Positions 51,016 to 63,203 of a DNA stretch of 64,000 nt are shown here, piece after piece; the stretch's first letter is position 1; the number at the start of each line of letters is the position of its first letter. Both the position numbers and the translations under genes were made by a program. This DNA comes from an uncultured delta proteobacterium. Its GTDB lineage: Bacteria; Desulfobacterota; Binatia; UBA9968. The notes below the pieces were generated by a model that was not told where the DNA came from, did no database searches, and was given only the letters and a program-made list of their open reading frames with translations. The stretch covers positions 64,001 through 128,000 of the forward strand of contig CAWDPO010000002.1 in assembly GCA_963804165.1 (NCBI GenBank), written 5' to 3'.

Positions 51016-51470
51016 TCAAAGACTCCTTACGTCATCTCCACTTCCATGGCCGAGATTTCGGCCTGAGCTGACCACTTTACCATCGACTGAGGCGACTGCC
51101 CTGCATCTTCCAGAACGGAGCCGCGCCGTTTGATGCAGGTCAATTCCATGCGCAATTGATCGCCCGGGCTCCACCGGTCGTTTGAATTTGACTTTATCGA
51201 GTCCGGTCAGACACAAATACTTTGTTTTCCGCCATGCCGCCGCGCGCATTATGAGCGAAAATCGCGCCCACTTGGGCCATCGCTTCGCAGATCAGCACTC
51301 CTGGCATCACCGGCCGTTGGGGAAAATGGCCCTGAAAAAAATTGCTCATTGATCGAAACATTTTTGATGCCGACAATTTTTTCGTCGCCGTGGATTTCCA
51401 AGATTCGGTCGACCAGCAAGAACGGATAACGGTGCGGGATAAATTTGAAGATTTCCTTAACGTCCAGCAT
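51016..51470 (-). CDS. fabZ: 3-hydroxyacyl-ACP dehydratase; frameshifted
   Basis: [46 protein letters not shown]. Confidence 0.9.
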
Positions 51471-51476
51471 CGCGAT

Positions 51477-52549
51477 CGAGTCTCCTTTTCCGCCTCTCTT
51501 AAGCAGCCGCGCCAGCTGTTTCTCCAAACTGCGCACGGTACTCCAAAGTTTCGGCAGCTGGGGCAGCAGCAGTCATCACCTTTAACCACTCATGATGCGG
51601 CGCAGCCGCGATGCCCCCAGATAAGAACGGCGCCTGCGGAGCAACAGATTGCGGAATTCCCGATTGCGGTCCAATCGATTGCGCCGTCGCCGATCTCAAT
51701 ATGATTGACGATGCCCACTTGTCCGGCCAGCGTAACGTTTCTTCCTAACCGCGTGCTGCCGGCGATCCCGCCTGAGCCGCGACCACCGAATACTCGCCGA
51801 CAACCACATTGTGGGCGATCTGCACCAGGTTATCGATCTTCGCGCCGCGAGCCGATCACGGTTCGCCCGAGCGTCGCGCGGTCGACCGTGGTGTTCGCGC
51901 CGATTTCGACATCGTCTTCGATCGACAACGATGCCCGACCTGGGGAATTTTGATACGATATTCGCCGGCACCCGCGTAACCGAAATCCATCGCTGCCGAT
52001 CACAACGCCCGCGTGCAGAATGACCCGTTCTCCCAACCGGCACCCGTCGCGCACGACGACGTTGGGATGAAGCGTACAATCAGCGCCGATCTGTGAATCC
52101 GCGCCAAGAAACACGCCGGGGAAAAGCACGGTCCCCTTGCCGATTCGCACGCGGGGTCCGACAAATACATTGGGAAAGACCGTCACGCCCGCCGATAACC
52201 GCGCTGCGATCGATATGAGCTTGGGACTCAAATCGCCGCTGAATTGCGGCGCGGGATGAAAAGGGTTGAAGAATTTTTGCGAAGGCGACGTACGGATCCG
52301 CGGTCTCGATAAATATTTAAGTCGCGGCGCTTTAGTCGCTTTCGCTCGACAACACCGGGGCCGACAATTACCGCGCTAGCGCGGCACTGGGGCAAGAAGC
52401 GTTGATAGCGCGGGTTGGTAAGAAAAGTGATTTCGCCCGGGACCGGCCCGTCGATCGGCGCGACTCTTATGAATGATGACACTTCCGTCTCCGATAACTT
52501 TGCCTCCGACATGAGTGGGCGAGATCGCTGAGCGTTTGCGAATCGTCAC
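51477..52549 (-). CDS. lpxD: UDP-3-O-acyl-glucosamine N-acyltransferase; frameshifted, boundaries approximate
   Basis: ITFLTNPRY, hexapeptide repeats, [38 protein letters not shown]. Confidence 0.88.
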
Positions 52550-53061
52550 TTATTTTTTGGCCCGGCTATTATAGGATTCGATCACCTTGCTGGTGATATC
52601 CGATGCCTTGGTCGCTAAAAAGAATTTGCGATTTTTCGAAGATGAGCGTGAACTTTTCAGCTTTGCCGACTTCGTTAACGATCTGTTCGAGTTCCTTAAG
52701 AATATCGCCCATCATCTCGTTGTTCTTTTGCTGCAGGTCGTCTGATAATCGCCCATGGTGCGTTGCAAGGTGACTGAACGTTTTTGTAGATCCGCCTCAA
52801 GATTGCGCCGCTCTTCGTCTTTCAACAGCGGGCCCTTTTTTTCGATATCGCTCTTTATGCGATCGAGATCTTGCCGTTCTTTTTGGATATCCGCTTCGGC
52901 CTTTTTTATCTGCGCCTGGAATCTTTCTTTAGCCCGTTTCCGGCCTGCGAATCGGCAATGACCCGCTGGATATCGACAAATCCAATCTTTATGCGTTCCT
53001 GAGCAGACGCGACCGAACAAGAAAGTAACAGCGCCCCGATTGCAAGCAGCCAGTATTTCAC
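52550..53061 (-). CDS. skp: OmpH/Skp periplasmic chaperone; frameshifted
   Basis: Signal peptide, KIGFVDIQRVI, coiled coil, DITSKVI; between bamA and lpxD. Confidence 0.82.
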
Positions 53062-53107
53062 TAAGACCTCCGGAACTGGTTGATGAATTGATGAGAATGA
53101 AGTGCCT

Positions 53108-55550
53108 TTACGGTTGAGTGCCGATCGAGAAGCCGAGCACCGACGTATCGTCGCCGGATTTTTTACTGATCGGAAACCCGAGTTCGACGCGTAGCGGGCC
53201 AAACGGCGACATCCACCGTACGCCGGCGCCGACCGAGCGGCTGCAGATCACTGAAAAGTTAAACTTGTTCTCGAAGGAATTGCCCGTGTCGAAAAATGCC
53301 ACGCCGCGCAGTCCATACTGTTCCATAGATAGGAAACAACAACTCGGTATTGAACACTATCGCCTTATCCCCACCGACGACTTCGGTCGACGAGCACACG
53401 ACGTTCCGGTGGCGACCCGGATCAATCCGATGGGCTCCCGCGGTCCGATGGTACGATCTGCGAAACCGCGAATGGAGTTAATACCGCCAAGAAAATAGCG
53501 CTCGAAAAGAGGCAGATCTTTCTTGCCGTTGTTGCGTTCAGCTAAGCCCACTCCATAACCTACGGAACCTCCCAACGACAACACGTAGGCGCCGCCCCAG
53601 TTAGGATCCTTGAGCAATGGATAATACCAACGCCCGCTGACGTCGGACTTGATAAACCGCTACGTCACCGCCCAATCCTGCCATCTTAAAGGATAACCCG
53701 GACTTGAAGCCCTCGGTCGGGCTTAAAGAAATGATCGCGGCTATCGTAGCTGAGCCGCGGCGTCACGCTGCTCGTCAACGATTTACCTTTTTCCGCTATT
53801 GATCGACTCCGGCGCATTAGCTGATACATTTTTGATATTTTCATTTGTCAGATCGTAGGACAAACCGCCGCGCATATAATCCCAAATCGTCGGTCTGATC
53901 GTTGCTCGCCAGTAAAGTCCGAGCCTCGCTCTGCCTCCGGTTTACTCCCGTCCGAAGAACGGCATGCGAAAATCTTTCAAGCGGGTAGCTGCGAATTAAT
54001 CCCGAAACCGATCTTATCCTCATCGAAATCGAGTAAATTCCCGTTTCGTGTTAAACACATCCAAGCCCAGCGAAGACTTTGAATCGATAAAATAAGGATC
54101 GGTGACACTCAAGATATAGTCTTGGCGGCTCGTGCCGATGCTGAAATTGCCGCTCACGCCCTGTCCCCGGCCCGAAAAGTTTTTCTCCGAAACATTGGCA
54201 GTGAAGACAAAACCATCACCGCTGCTGTAACCGCCGCCAACTTGAAATGTTCCGGTCGGTCCCTCTTTTACGTCAACCAGCACATCGAGAGCGTCGGCTT
54301 GATCGGTTTTCTTTGTGGTGATCTGGACATCCTCGAAATAACCGGTTCGTTGCAGCGGCATTGTTACTCTGGGTGATTTTGTCACCCGAAAAAAGCTCTT
54401 GTTCGTTCGCGATCAATTCACGACGCACGACTTTGTCGCGGGTTTTGGTATTGCCGGTGACCAGCACTCGATTGAAATAAACCGGCGGGCCCTTGGTTGA
54501 TCACCAGCGCCACGTCGACATTTTTGTCGCCGGGATTGATCTTGGTCATCGGGTCGACTTGAACGAAAGCAAAGCCCTTGTTCGAATACATGTCGGACAG
54601 CGAGGTGACGTCTTCGCGCAAGCGGCTGCCGCGAAAAATTTGCCCGGTGGTGAGCTTGACTCGATTTCAACATCTTTTCCCGTCGTCGATCAATTCGCCG
54701 CCGATCTCGACTTTGCCGACCCGATACTGCGGCCCTTCTTTAATGCGAAAGATAACTTCCAGACCCGTCACGTGCCCGCAAAATCAGCCGGGATCATCGA
54801 TCTTGTGTTCGACGTAGCCATGATCATTGTAGTGATTGGAGAAGATCGCGACATCGTTCGTCAGCATGTCGCGATCGAGCACGCCACGATTCGTTATGAA
54901 TGAAAAAATCCACTCCTCTTTGGTGCCAATCAAGCCTTTGAGCTCACCCTGACGAAAAGGCCTTGATTCCCATCAAAGACACCTTCTTGATCAAAAGCCG
55001 ATTGCCTTCGATGATATCAAGAGTGACAACCGCTTGATTGTTAGCTTCGACTGAAACCGGATAATCGACCACCGCGTTCACATAACCTTGTTCACTGATA
55101 TAACTTTCGTACCTTTTCGACGCCTTCGGCGACTTTCGTCCGGTCCAAGATTGTGCGTGGGCCCACACCTAAAGCGGTTTCGATCTTTTCTTTCCGACAC
55201 TTGCGACGCGCCTTGAATCCTGACTTCGCGAATATACGGCTTTTCTTTGACCGCATAGGTCAGAACACCGTCCGGTGAGAGCTCGGCATGGACGTCGTCG
55301 AAAAAACCCATGCGAAAAATCGCTTTTACATCTTGATCAACGACCGCAGGATCGAAGCTTTCTCCCGCCCGGCTTTTCAGGTGCAGACGAATGCCGTCGT
55401 CTTCAACTCGACGTTGCCGCTAATGCGGATATCCTTCAGCGTGACTTTTTGTCGGTTTGGATCTTCAGCGGAAAACGTGCCGACGGCGAAAAACGACAAG
55501 AACAGGAAGCAAACAATCGCGGCATTTCGTGCGGTTTTGAAAAATTCCAT
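53108..55550 (-). CDS. bamA: Outer membrane protein assembly factor BamA; many frameshifts
   Basis: POTRA fragments (GFFDDV, GNTKTRDKVVRRE, GYFEDV, VKE.PTG), ERYFLGGINSIRGF, SPFGPLR. Confidence 0.88.
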
Positions 55551-55637
55551 CAAGGCGTGCAAAACAGGTACCTTAAAATGCCAAAAGATTTCTAAATGTT
55601 TAGCAAAAACCGATACTTTTGTAAAGCCAAAATTGCA

Positions 55638-56317
55638 TTACTGGATCGCGGTCAGGTGGCCATCCTTCAGTTCCGCTTGCCGGCCGATCCTGTCGGCGAA
55701 TTGACGGTTGTGGGTGGCAACGATCAAGCCGATCCCTTGCTCTTCGTTCAGCCGGAACAGCAAACTCTGGACCTCCTCACCGATGCGCAAATCCAACGAT
55801 CCCGTGGGCTCGTCCGCCAAGACCAATTTCGGTTTGAGAATCACCGCTCGCGCCACAGCCACACGCTGCTGTTCGCCCCCGATAGCTTTCCCGGGCGATG
55901 GCTCATACGGGCCTTTAGCCCGACCAGTGCCAATAATTCGGTCGCATCGATTTTGGCTTGACTGGGATCGACCCCCCGTATGAGCGCCGGAAACATTACG
56001 TTCTCTAAAGCCGAGAAATCGGGCAATAGGTAATGAAACTGAAAAACAAAGCCGATTTGCTGATTGCGAAACTCACATAACGCAGTCTCGTCCGCGAGTG
56101 GCAATTCCTTGCCGCCAAATAGAATTTTGCCGCCGGTCGGCCGGTCCAGAGTGCCGAGAATATGCAGTAATGTGCTCTTTCCAACCCCCGACTCACCGAC
56201 GATCGCTAGACGCTCACCTTGGGCAATATCGAGATTCACCCCGCGCAATACATGAATCTCGTTGCCACCCTCGGTAAAGGATTTGCGTAAGTCTCGGACG
56301 GCGAGGAGATTACTCAT
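55638..56317 (-). CDS. lolD: Lipoprotein-releasing ABC transporter ATP-binding subunit; one frameshift near 55875
   Basis: [47 protein letters not shown]. Confidence 0.9.
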
Positions 56318-57557
56318 AGCGGATGATTTCCACGGGGTCGAGCTTCGCAGCTTGACGCGCAGGGTAGATACTTGCGACCAAGCACACCGCAAACGACGTC
56401 AAAGCGACCAAGACGAAGTTGCTCAAGTAAATTCGCACCGGCACCGTGGAGATGAGAAACACGCCGTCCGGCAGTTGGAACCCATACTCGGAGATCAGAC
56501 CGCAGACCAGCAGTCCCAAGATCACGCCCATCGTCGTTCCGACCACGCCGATAATGCATCCTTTGAGCAAAAAGATTTTTCGGATGCTCTTTTGCGTAGC
56601 GCCCATCGAGCGTAATATCGCGATATCCTTTTTCTTTTCCATCACGACCATAACCAAGGTGGATACGATATTGAACGCGCCGATCAAAACCATCAACAGC
56701 AGCACCAAAAAATAGACTGTCTTTTCGAGTTTGAGCGCGGAAAAAAGGTTCGGCCAAAGCCGCGTCCAATCCTCAGCAAAGTAAGGAAAGCCTAAACGCC
56801 TTTGAATCTGGTCGGCGATCTGGCGCGATTGATTGACGTCGCGGATTCTAATCTCAATGTTTGTGACGGCGTTGCCAAGCTCGAAAAACTTTTGCGCGTC
56901 GGTAAGCGACATGATCACCAAAGTAGAATCGATCTCGCTCATGCCGGTTTTGAGGATGCCCGTTATGACGAATCGCCGTACTTTCGGAATTACACCGATC
57001 GCCGTCGGGCTCCCCAAAGGCGATACGACTTGCACCGGACTGCCAAGAAAAACGCCCAACTGGTTGGCCAATCGCTCGCCGAGGATAATTCCCGGAAGCA
57101 AAACGGTGCGCTCCTCGACTCGGATGGGCCGCGGCGTTTTGAACCCGTCGAGGCTTCCTTCTTTGATGTAGCTTTGTAAGTTGACGACGCTGTTGACTCG
57201 GTCCGGATCGACGCCGCGCACCACGACACCGGAGACCCTCGAGCCCGCGGTCAGCATGACCTGGCCATAGATCGTCGGTGTGGCCGCAACGACGCCATTT
57301 TCTTTGACCACTTGCTGCATCAATCGCTCGTAGTCTTGCAGCTGGTCCCCCGACTTGACCAGCGCGATATGCGCGTTGATCCCGAGCAGACGATCGCGCA
57401 GGGTTTCCTCGAAACCGGTCATCACGGCCATCACGACGTTGAGAGTCATCACGCCGATCATGACGCCGAGCACCGAGATCAGCGTGATGAGCGAAATGAA
57501 AGTTTCTTGCCGACGCGCCTGCAGATAGCGCAGGCCGATGAACAATTCGTATTTCAT
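56310..57557 (-). CDS. lolE: Lipoprotein-releasing ABC transporter permease (LolC/E)
   Basis: FIGLRYL, AVMTGFE, EKKKDIAILRSMGA, YPARQAAKLDPVEIIRYE. Confidence 0.93.
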   Translation of the reverse strand: MKYELFIGLRYLQARRQETFISLITLISVLGVMIGVMTLNVVMAVMTGFEETLRDRLLGINAHIALVKSGDQLQDYERLMQQVVKENGVVAATPTIYGQVMLTAGSRVSGVVVRGVDPDRVNSVVNLQSYIKEGSLDGFKTPRPIRVEERTVLLPGIILGERLANQLGVFLGSPVQVVSPLGSPTAIGVIPKVRRFVITGILKTGMSEIDSTLVIMSLTDAQKFFELGNAVTNIEIRIRDVNQSRQIADQIQRRLGFPYFAEDWTRLWPNLFSALKLEKTVYFLVLLLMVLIGAFNIVSTLVMVVMEKKKDIAILRSMGATQKSIRKIFLLKGCIIGVVGTTMGVILGLLVCGLISEYGFQLPDGVFLISTVPVRIYLSNFVLVALTSFAVCLVASIYPARQAAKLDPVEIIRYE

Positions 57558-57575
57558 AGGGTGAAATAATTCCGC

Positions 57576-59082
57576 TTAACGTTGCGGTCGGAGCAACGGA
57601 AAGAGAATGACGTCTCGAATGGATGCGGAATTGGTGAACAACATTACCAGACGGTCGATTCCGATGCCCTCCCCTGCGGCCGGCGGCATGCCGTATTCGA
57701 GCGCGCGCACGTAGTCGTCGTCGATCGGATTCGCCGTGTCGTCGCCGGACTCCCGCGCCGCCATCTGTTGCAAAAACCGCTCGCGCTGATCGGCCGGATC
57801 GTTGAGCTCAGAAAACGCATTGGCCAATTCGCGGCCGCCGATATATAACTCGAACCGATCCACCATCGCCGGGTTCACTTCGTTTTTACGCGCCAAAGGC
57901 GAGACCTCGATCGGATAGCCCGTGATGAACGTCGGCTGGATCAATTGCGCCTCGGCAACGTTTTCGAAAATTTCCACCAAGGCATTGCCGTACGGCGCGC
58001 TCGAATCGATCTGCAGACCTCTTTTCTGGGCGTATCGATGGAGCCCATCCAAGGTGTCGACATCCTCGTCTTGCGCGTCCCCGTGAGTGATAATCGCTTG
58101 ACGAAGCGTCAGCCGGCGCCAGGGCGCGGATAGATCGATGACCTGATCACCGTAGGTCACTTGCAGCGCACCGATCACTTCTTTTGCCAACGTGACAAAA
58201 AGCTCCTCGGTCAATTGCATCAAGTCATCGAAGGTCGCATAAGCCTGGTAAAATTCAACCATGGTAAACTCAGGGTTGTGACGCACCGAAATGCCCTCGT
58301 TGCGGAAATTGCGATTCAGTTCGAAGACCCGTTCAAAGCCGCCCACGACCAGGCGCTTCAGGAAAAGTTCCGGCGCCACGCGCAGGTACAGCTCCATATC
58401 GAGCGTATTATGGTGCGTAATAAACGGCCGCGCCGCCGCGCCGCCGGGGATCGGCTGCATCATCGGCGTTTCGACTTCGAGGAAGTCGCGCTCCTCGAAA
58501 AACCGGCGCAATGCTCGAATGATCCGCGAACGCGTCTCGAATACCTGGCGCACTTCCGGATTCACCATAAGGTCGACATAGCGCTGACGATAGCGCACCT
58601 CTACGTCGGCCAAACCGTGCCACTTTTCCGGCAGCGGCCGCAAACATTTCGTCAGCAGGCGTAACCCTTCGGCCTCGAGAGTCAGCTCGTTGGTTCGCGT
58701 GCGAAACAAATGGCCCGAAACACCGACGATATCGCCCATATCCAGAGTCCGAAATAATCCGTAAACGTCTTCGCCAACCCGATTCTGCTGAATGTAGATT
58801 TGCAAGCGTCCGCGGCGATCCTGGATGTGAAAGAACGAAGCTTTGCCCATGCGCCGAATTGCCATGATGCGGCCCGCGATTCGGATATCCTTCGGCGCCG
58901 CGGCAAGCTCTTCCTCGCCGCCGGCGGCGAATTTATTAGAAATTTCCGATGGAGTGTGGGTCGGTTTGAAGTCGTTGGGATAGGCGACCGCCCCGCGTAG
59001 CCTTGAGTTTCGCGAGCTTCTGTTTGCGGACTTCCACTTGCTCGCTGTTGTCTTCGCTTAAAATTTGGTCTTTGGCTGCCAT
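57576..59082 (-). CDS. lysS: Lysyl-tRNA synthetase class II; frameshift(s) in the 5' part
   Basis: YPNDF, GKASF, LPEKWHGL, RYRQRYVDL, GGAAARPF, FRNEG, HNPEF, EYGMPP. Confidence 0.95.
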
Positions 59083-59142
59083 TTTGCCTCGCCGCGCGCA
59101 CAAGCGCCCTGATTCGCGCTGGTTTGAATTTTCGCCGAAGGA

Positions 59143-60006
59143 TTACAATCCGAGATTTTTGCAGATCGCTTTAACGGAGTAGGACTTGTTCAATGAATAA
59201 AAGTGAAGCCCCGCGACACCGAATTTGATCAATTCCTCGCACTGGCGAGTCGCGTATTCGACCCCTAACTCGATTGCGGCTTCATCGTCATGCTCGACCT
59301 TGGCCAGCTCCTGCTCTAGTTTCGCCGGAATTTTTGCACCGCACAACGCAGTAAACCGGCGCACTTGCGGCGCTGACAAAATCGGCAACACCCCGGGCAC
59401 GATGGGCACGCGCACGCCCAGTTTTGTCAGATCCTCGGCAAACCGATAATAATCGTCATTGTCAAAAAATAACTGGGTAATCACCACGGCCGCACCGGCA
59501 TCGACCTTTTCCTTTAAGAACTTCATATCCGACGCGCGACTTTCGGCGCGCGGATGAACCTCAGGGAAACCTGCCACGCCGATCGAAAATGCGCCGACGG
59601 CGACGGCCTCGCGCACCAGCTCGACGGCGTGCTGAAAGCCATCCGGGTGCGGCTGCCAATCCGCCATTCCTTGCGGTGGATCACCGCCCAGCGCAAGCAG
59701 GTTTTCAATTCCCTTACTTTTGAGCCGGCTCAAGATCACACGGGCTTCGGTTTTCGACTGTCCGACCACGGTTAAATGACACATAACCTCCAGACCGCAG
59801 CCGTCGTGAATGGTTTCGACAATATCGATGGTTTTTTCGCGCGTGCTTCCGCCCGCCCCGTACGTAACAGAACAAAAGCCAGGATTGAGCCTCTTGATCG
59901 TTTCAATCTCGCTAAAGAGGTTTTCCTCGCCTTTTTCCGTCTTTGGAGGAAAGAACTCGACCGATAGGGTCAGCCCAGGCTGGGCATACAGGTCGGCTAA
60001 CTTCAC
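59143..60006 (-). CDS. metF: 5,10-methylenetetrahydrofolate reductase
   Basis: SVEFFPPKT, SVTYGAGGST, GDPP, AGFPEVHP, KVDAGA, TQLFF, HFYSLN. Confidence 0.96.
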   Translation of the reverse strand: MKLADLYAQPGLTLSVEFFPPKTEKGEENLFSEIETIKRLNPGFCSVTYGAGGSTREKTIDIVETIHDGCGLEVMCHLTVVGQSKTEARVILSRLKSKGIENLLALGGDPPQGMADWQPHPDGFQHAVELVREAVAVGAFSIGVAGFPEVHPRAESRASDMKFLKEKVDAGAAVVITQLFFDNDDYYRFAEDLTKLGVRVPIVPGVLPILSAPQVRRFTALCGAKIPAKLEQELAKVEHDDEAAIELGVEYATRQCEELIKFGVAGLHFYSLNKSYSVKAICKNLGL

Positions 60007-60107
60007 ACAAGTCCTTGATGACTACCTTCGGCGTAGCGCTATTAGTAGCACAATGTTTTGCGCCGGACAATTGGCACGCAAAACGAAATAAAGGATCTTC
60101 TTAGACG

Positions 60108-60518
60108 TTATTGCCGGTTAACCCGCTCACGGGCGGCAAGCGGATCGCAGTTGGAACCGGCTTCGGGCGTGATAAGCGGGCGGAGGGAATCCGTATGCTT
60201 GAGCAGCGCAGCCTTGATACTCTCATCCACCTGATAAAATTCCAATGTTTCCTTAAATATTTGCCGGCGACGCGCAAAATGACCTCCCATGATCGGATGA
60301 TTCGCGTGCACTTTGCCGAGCGGTCGACCCTGATATTCAATACCGGCGCCGAGAAATTCCGCCGCGAGCTGATATTCTAATTCTTTAATCCGTTGTCGGT
60401 CGGCGTTGCGAAAGAAAAACCCGATCATGCGATCGGCAAAGACACGGTCGATAAACGTGCTGATAATCAGGCGCAGCCGGTTTTCGCCGCCGATCTTTTC
60501 GAAAAGACTTGCATTCAT
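60108..60518 (-). CDS. Group 1 truncated hemoglobin-like globin
   Basis: SLFEKIGG, F.DRV.AD..IGFFF, LG...Y.GR.L...H (F8 His), HF; start MNAS at 60518. Confidence 0.8.
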   Translation of the reverse strand: MNASLFEKIGGENRLRLIISTFIDRVFADRMIGFFFRNADRQRIKELEYQLAAEFLGAGIEYQGRPLGKVHANHPIMGGHFARRRQIFKETLEFYQVDESIKAALLKHTDSLRPLITPEAGSNCDPLAARERVNRQ

Positions 60519-60544
60519 GCGAACATTGACACGATTTCCGACCG

Positions 60545-60865
60545 TCACATCATCCCGAGTTGCAGACGCGCAGCCTCCGACATTTTGCTCGGGTCCCAAG
60601 GCGGCTCCCAGACGAGATCGATTTTCGCGTCGGTGACGCCGTCGACGGCCCTCACTTTGGCTTCGATCTCGGCCGGTAGAGATTGTACGGCGGGGCAATG
60701 GGGTGAGGTGAGCGTCATTTGTATTGTCACAGTGCCTTCGGCGCTCACTTTCACGTCGTAAACCAACCCCAGCTCATAAATATTGACGGGAATTTCCGGG
60801 TCGAAGCAAGACCGTAGAGCTTCCACGACCTGCGCTTCGATAATCGTTTCGTTGATACTTTCCAT
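60545..60865 (-). CDS. SUF system Fe-S assembly protein (DUF59/MIP18)
   Basis: DPEIPVNIYELGLVY, MTLTSPHCP, VWEPPW.PSKMSEAARL. Confidence 0.92.
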   Translation of the reverse strand: MESINETIIEAQVVEALRSCFDPEIPVNIYELGLVYDVKVSAEGTVTIQMTLTSPHCPAVQSLPAEIEAKVRAVDGVTDAKIDLVWEPPWDPSKMSEAARLQLGMM

Positions 60866-60886
60866 TTGCAACTATCACCTTACGTG

Positions 60887-61444
60887 TTATTCGATACCCA
60901 ATTGCTGTTTCGCAGAGATCGAGATCATGCTCTGATTCCACGGCGGATCCCACACGAGCTCGACGTCGGCCTCGCGCACTCCGGGCACGGCGAGCAATCT
61001 TTTTTTGATATCGTCCTTGAGAAATTCCCCCATGCCGCAACCTTGCGCGGTCAACGTGAAGCGCACCACCGCTTTGTGCCCGCCATCCGCAAGCGGCCGC
61101 ACGTCACAGTCATAGATTAGACCCAGATCGACAATATTAACCGGAATCTCGGGATCAAAACACGAGCGTAGCTCACTCCAAACGAGTTCATCAATGGAGC
61201 CGGATGATATTTTTTCCGCCGGTTGCCAACGAGTTTCGTCGTCTCGCGGAGGTAGACCGAGCGCATCGCCGTCTTTGCCGTCGATCCGCACATTATAGCC
61301 GCGCTCGGTCATCACCGTATAAGTGCCGCCCAGCGCTTGAGTCAGCCAAACCGTGCTCCCGACAATCAACGTTATCCGCTCGCCGCTTGGAACCATTACC
61401 GCATTGCAAGCGCGCTTGAGTTTGATCGGCTCTTCCGTAATCAT
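60887..61444 (-). CDS. sufT: Fe-S cluster assembly protein SufT
   Basis: TQALGGTYTV, RIDGKDGDALG, DPEIPVNIVDLGLIY, TLTAQGCGMG, VWDPPW. Confidence 0.9.
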   Translation of the reverse strand: MITEEPIKLKRACNAVMVPSGERITLIVGSTVWLTQALGGTYTVMTERGYNVRIDGKDGDALGLPPRDDETRWQPAEKISSGSIDELVWSELRSCFDPEIPVNIVDLGLIYDCDVRPLADGGHKAVVRFTLTAQGCGMGEFLKDDIKKRLLAVPGVREADVELVWDPPWNQSMISISAKQQLGIE

Positions 61445-61476
61445 TGGCTTACCCCCTCGCACCGCGATCGAGCGCG

Positions 61477-61929
61477 TCACTCCGTGGTTGCCGGCTGAGT
61501 TTCGCCGTGCAGCGCCGCGTTGACTGTATGCCAAGCCAAGCTGGCACACTTCACCCGCGCCGGGAATTTACAGACACCGGATAGAATCGTAAGCTTGCCC
61601 ACTCTCTTAGCCGCGGCGTCTGCGCCGTCCTCGCCGGTCAACATTTTGTGCACGCTCTCAAAGAGCTCATTGGCCGCAGCTTCGGTCTTGCCCTTGAGCT
61701 CGGCAGTCATGATCGAAGCCGATGCTTTGGAGATCGCGCAACCCGAGCCCTGAAATGTAATGTCCCGAATGACGCCATTGTCCAGATGTAGATACACCGT
61801 GACGTGATCGCCGCATAGAGGATTATAGCCCTCCGCCTTGCGGTTGGCATCGGCCATTACCCGATAGTTCCGCGGACTCTTATTATGGTCCAGGATGACT
61901 TCCTGATACAGCTCGTCCAGATCCGACAT
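61477..61929 (-). CDS. sufU: SUF system NifU-family scaffold/sulfur transfer protein
   Basis: LYQEVILDH, NPLCGD, GSGCAIS.ASAS, RVKCA.LAWH. Confidence 0.94.
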   Translation of the reverse strand: MSDLDELYQEVILDHNKSPRNYRVMADANRKAEGYNPLCGDHVTVYLHLDNGVIRDITFQGSGCAISKASASIMTAELKGKTEAAANELFESVHKMLTGEDGADAAAKRVGKLTILSGVCKFPARVKCASLAWHTVNAALHGETQPATTE

Positions 61930-63203
61930 CAGCCAAAAACTTTCCGAACTCGATGGATGGCTCGCGCCAGCACATCGATTTCTTCAATCGTGTTGTAAAA
62001 AGCAAACGACGCGCGCGTGGTCGCCGGCACGCCGAAGCGCTGCATCACCGGCATGGCACAATGATGTCCCGCGCGCACCGCTACGCCTTCCTGATCGAGA
62101 ATCGTGCCAACATCGTGCGCGTGCACGTGGTCCAAAACAAATGACAGCACGCCGGCTTTTTCCTTTGCGGTGCCGATGATGCGCACGCCATCAATGCTCG
62201 CGAGGGCGTCCGTCGCGCAGCGAAGAAGCCGTTGCTCATGCGTCACTAGCGCGTCCCAATCGAGCGCCAGCAAATAGTCGATCGTCGCGCCCAAGCCGAT
62301 CCCGCCGGCGATATGCGGCGTGCCAGCTTCGAACTTGTACGGCAAAACATTGTAATGGGTTTTCTCGAAGGTCACCAGGCTGATCATGTCGCCGCCACCC
62401 TGATACGGCGGCATTTTTTCCAGCAGCTCGGCGCGTCCGTAAAGCACACCGACGCCAGTCGGCCCGAACATCTTATGGCCGGAAAATGCGTAAAAATCAC
62501 AGTCGAGATCCTGTACGTCGACTCTCAAGTGCGGTACCGCCTGGGCGCCGTCGAGCAGAACAGGCACACCCCGCTCATGCGCCAATGCGACAACCTCTTT
62601 GACTGGCACGATTGTTCCGAGTGCATTGGAAACATGGGTTATCGAGACAAACTTGGTCTTATCGTTTAACAGTCGACAGAACTCTTCCATCACCAGCTCG
62701 CCGTCGTGATTGATTGGAATGACCCGCAGCTTCGCGCCGACCTGCTCGCACAGTATTTGCCATGGCACGATGTTAGAGTGATGCTCCATCGCCGAAACGA
62801 TGATTTCGTCGCCGGACTTTAAGAAGCTACGTCCGTAGCTTTGCGCGACCAGATTGATGGCTTCGGTCGTGCCGCGAACGTAAATAATTTCCTTGTCGGA
62901 ACGGGCGTTGATGTAGCGTCGGATTTTATCCCGCGCCGCTTCGTAGGCCGCCGTGGCCCGTTCACTCAAATGATGCACGCCGCGGTGAATATTGGAATTC
63001 TCAGCGCTGTAATAAGCAACGAGGGCGTCGATCACGCTTTGGGGCTTTTGGCTAGTCGCGCCGTTATCGAGATAGACCAGCGGCTTGCCGTGAACTTTCT
63101 GCTTGAGGATCGGAAAATCCTCGCGCAGTCGCATCACATCGAAGTCCCTGGATTGAGTGCGAGAATCAGGCAAATGAGATACTGCTTTCATGATAACACT
63201 CAA
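61929..63203 (-). CDS. sufS: Cysteine desulfurase SufS
   Basis: [34 protein letters not shown]. Confidence 0.97.
   Translation of the reverse strand: MSVIMKAVSHLPDSRTQSRDFDVMRLREDFPILKQKVHGKPLVYLDNGATSQKPQSVIDALVAYYSAENSNIHRGVHHLSERATAAYEAARDKIRRYINARSDKEIIYVRGTTEAINLVAQSYGRSFLKSGDEIIVSAMEHHSNIVPWQILCEQVGAKLRVIPINHDGELVMEEFCRLLNDKTKFVSITHVSNALGTIVPVKEVVALAHERGVPVLLDGAQAVPHLRVDVQDLDCDFYAFSGHKMFGPTGVGVLYGRAELLEKMPPYQGGGDMISLVTFEKTHYNVLPYKFEAGTPHIAGGIGLGATIDYLLALDWDALVTHEQRLLRCATDALASIDGVRIIGTAKEKAGVLSFVLDHVHAHDVGTILDQEGVAVRAGHHCAMPVMQRFGVPATTRASFAFYNTIEEIDVLARAIHRVRKVFG

Noticed and set aside
45457-55900. Genuine pseudogenisation of the lipid A/BAM operon
   Set aside because: Essential genes are affected equally, lesions are small indels without motif decay, and downstream pathway genes are intact; sequencing error is more parsimonious
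60007-60107. SAM/SAH riboswitch upstream of metF
   Set aside because: Only a simple GTTTTGCG/CGCAAAAC hairpin; no recognisable aptamer consensus
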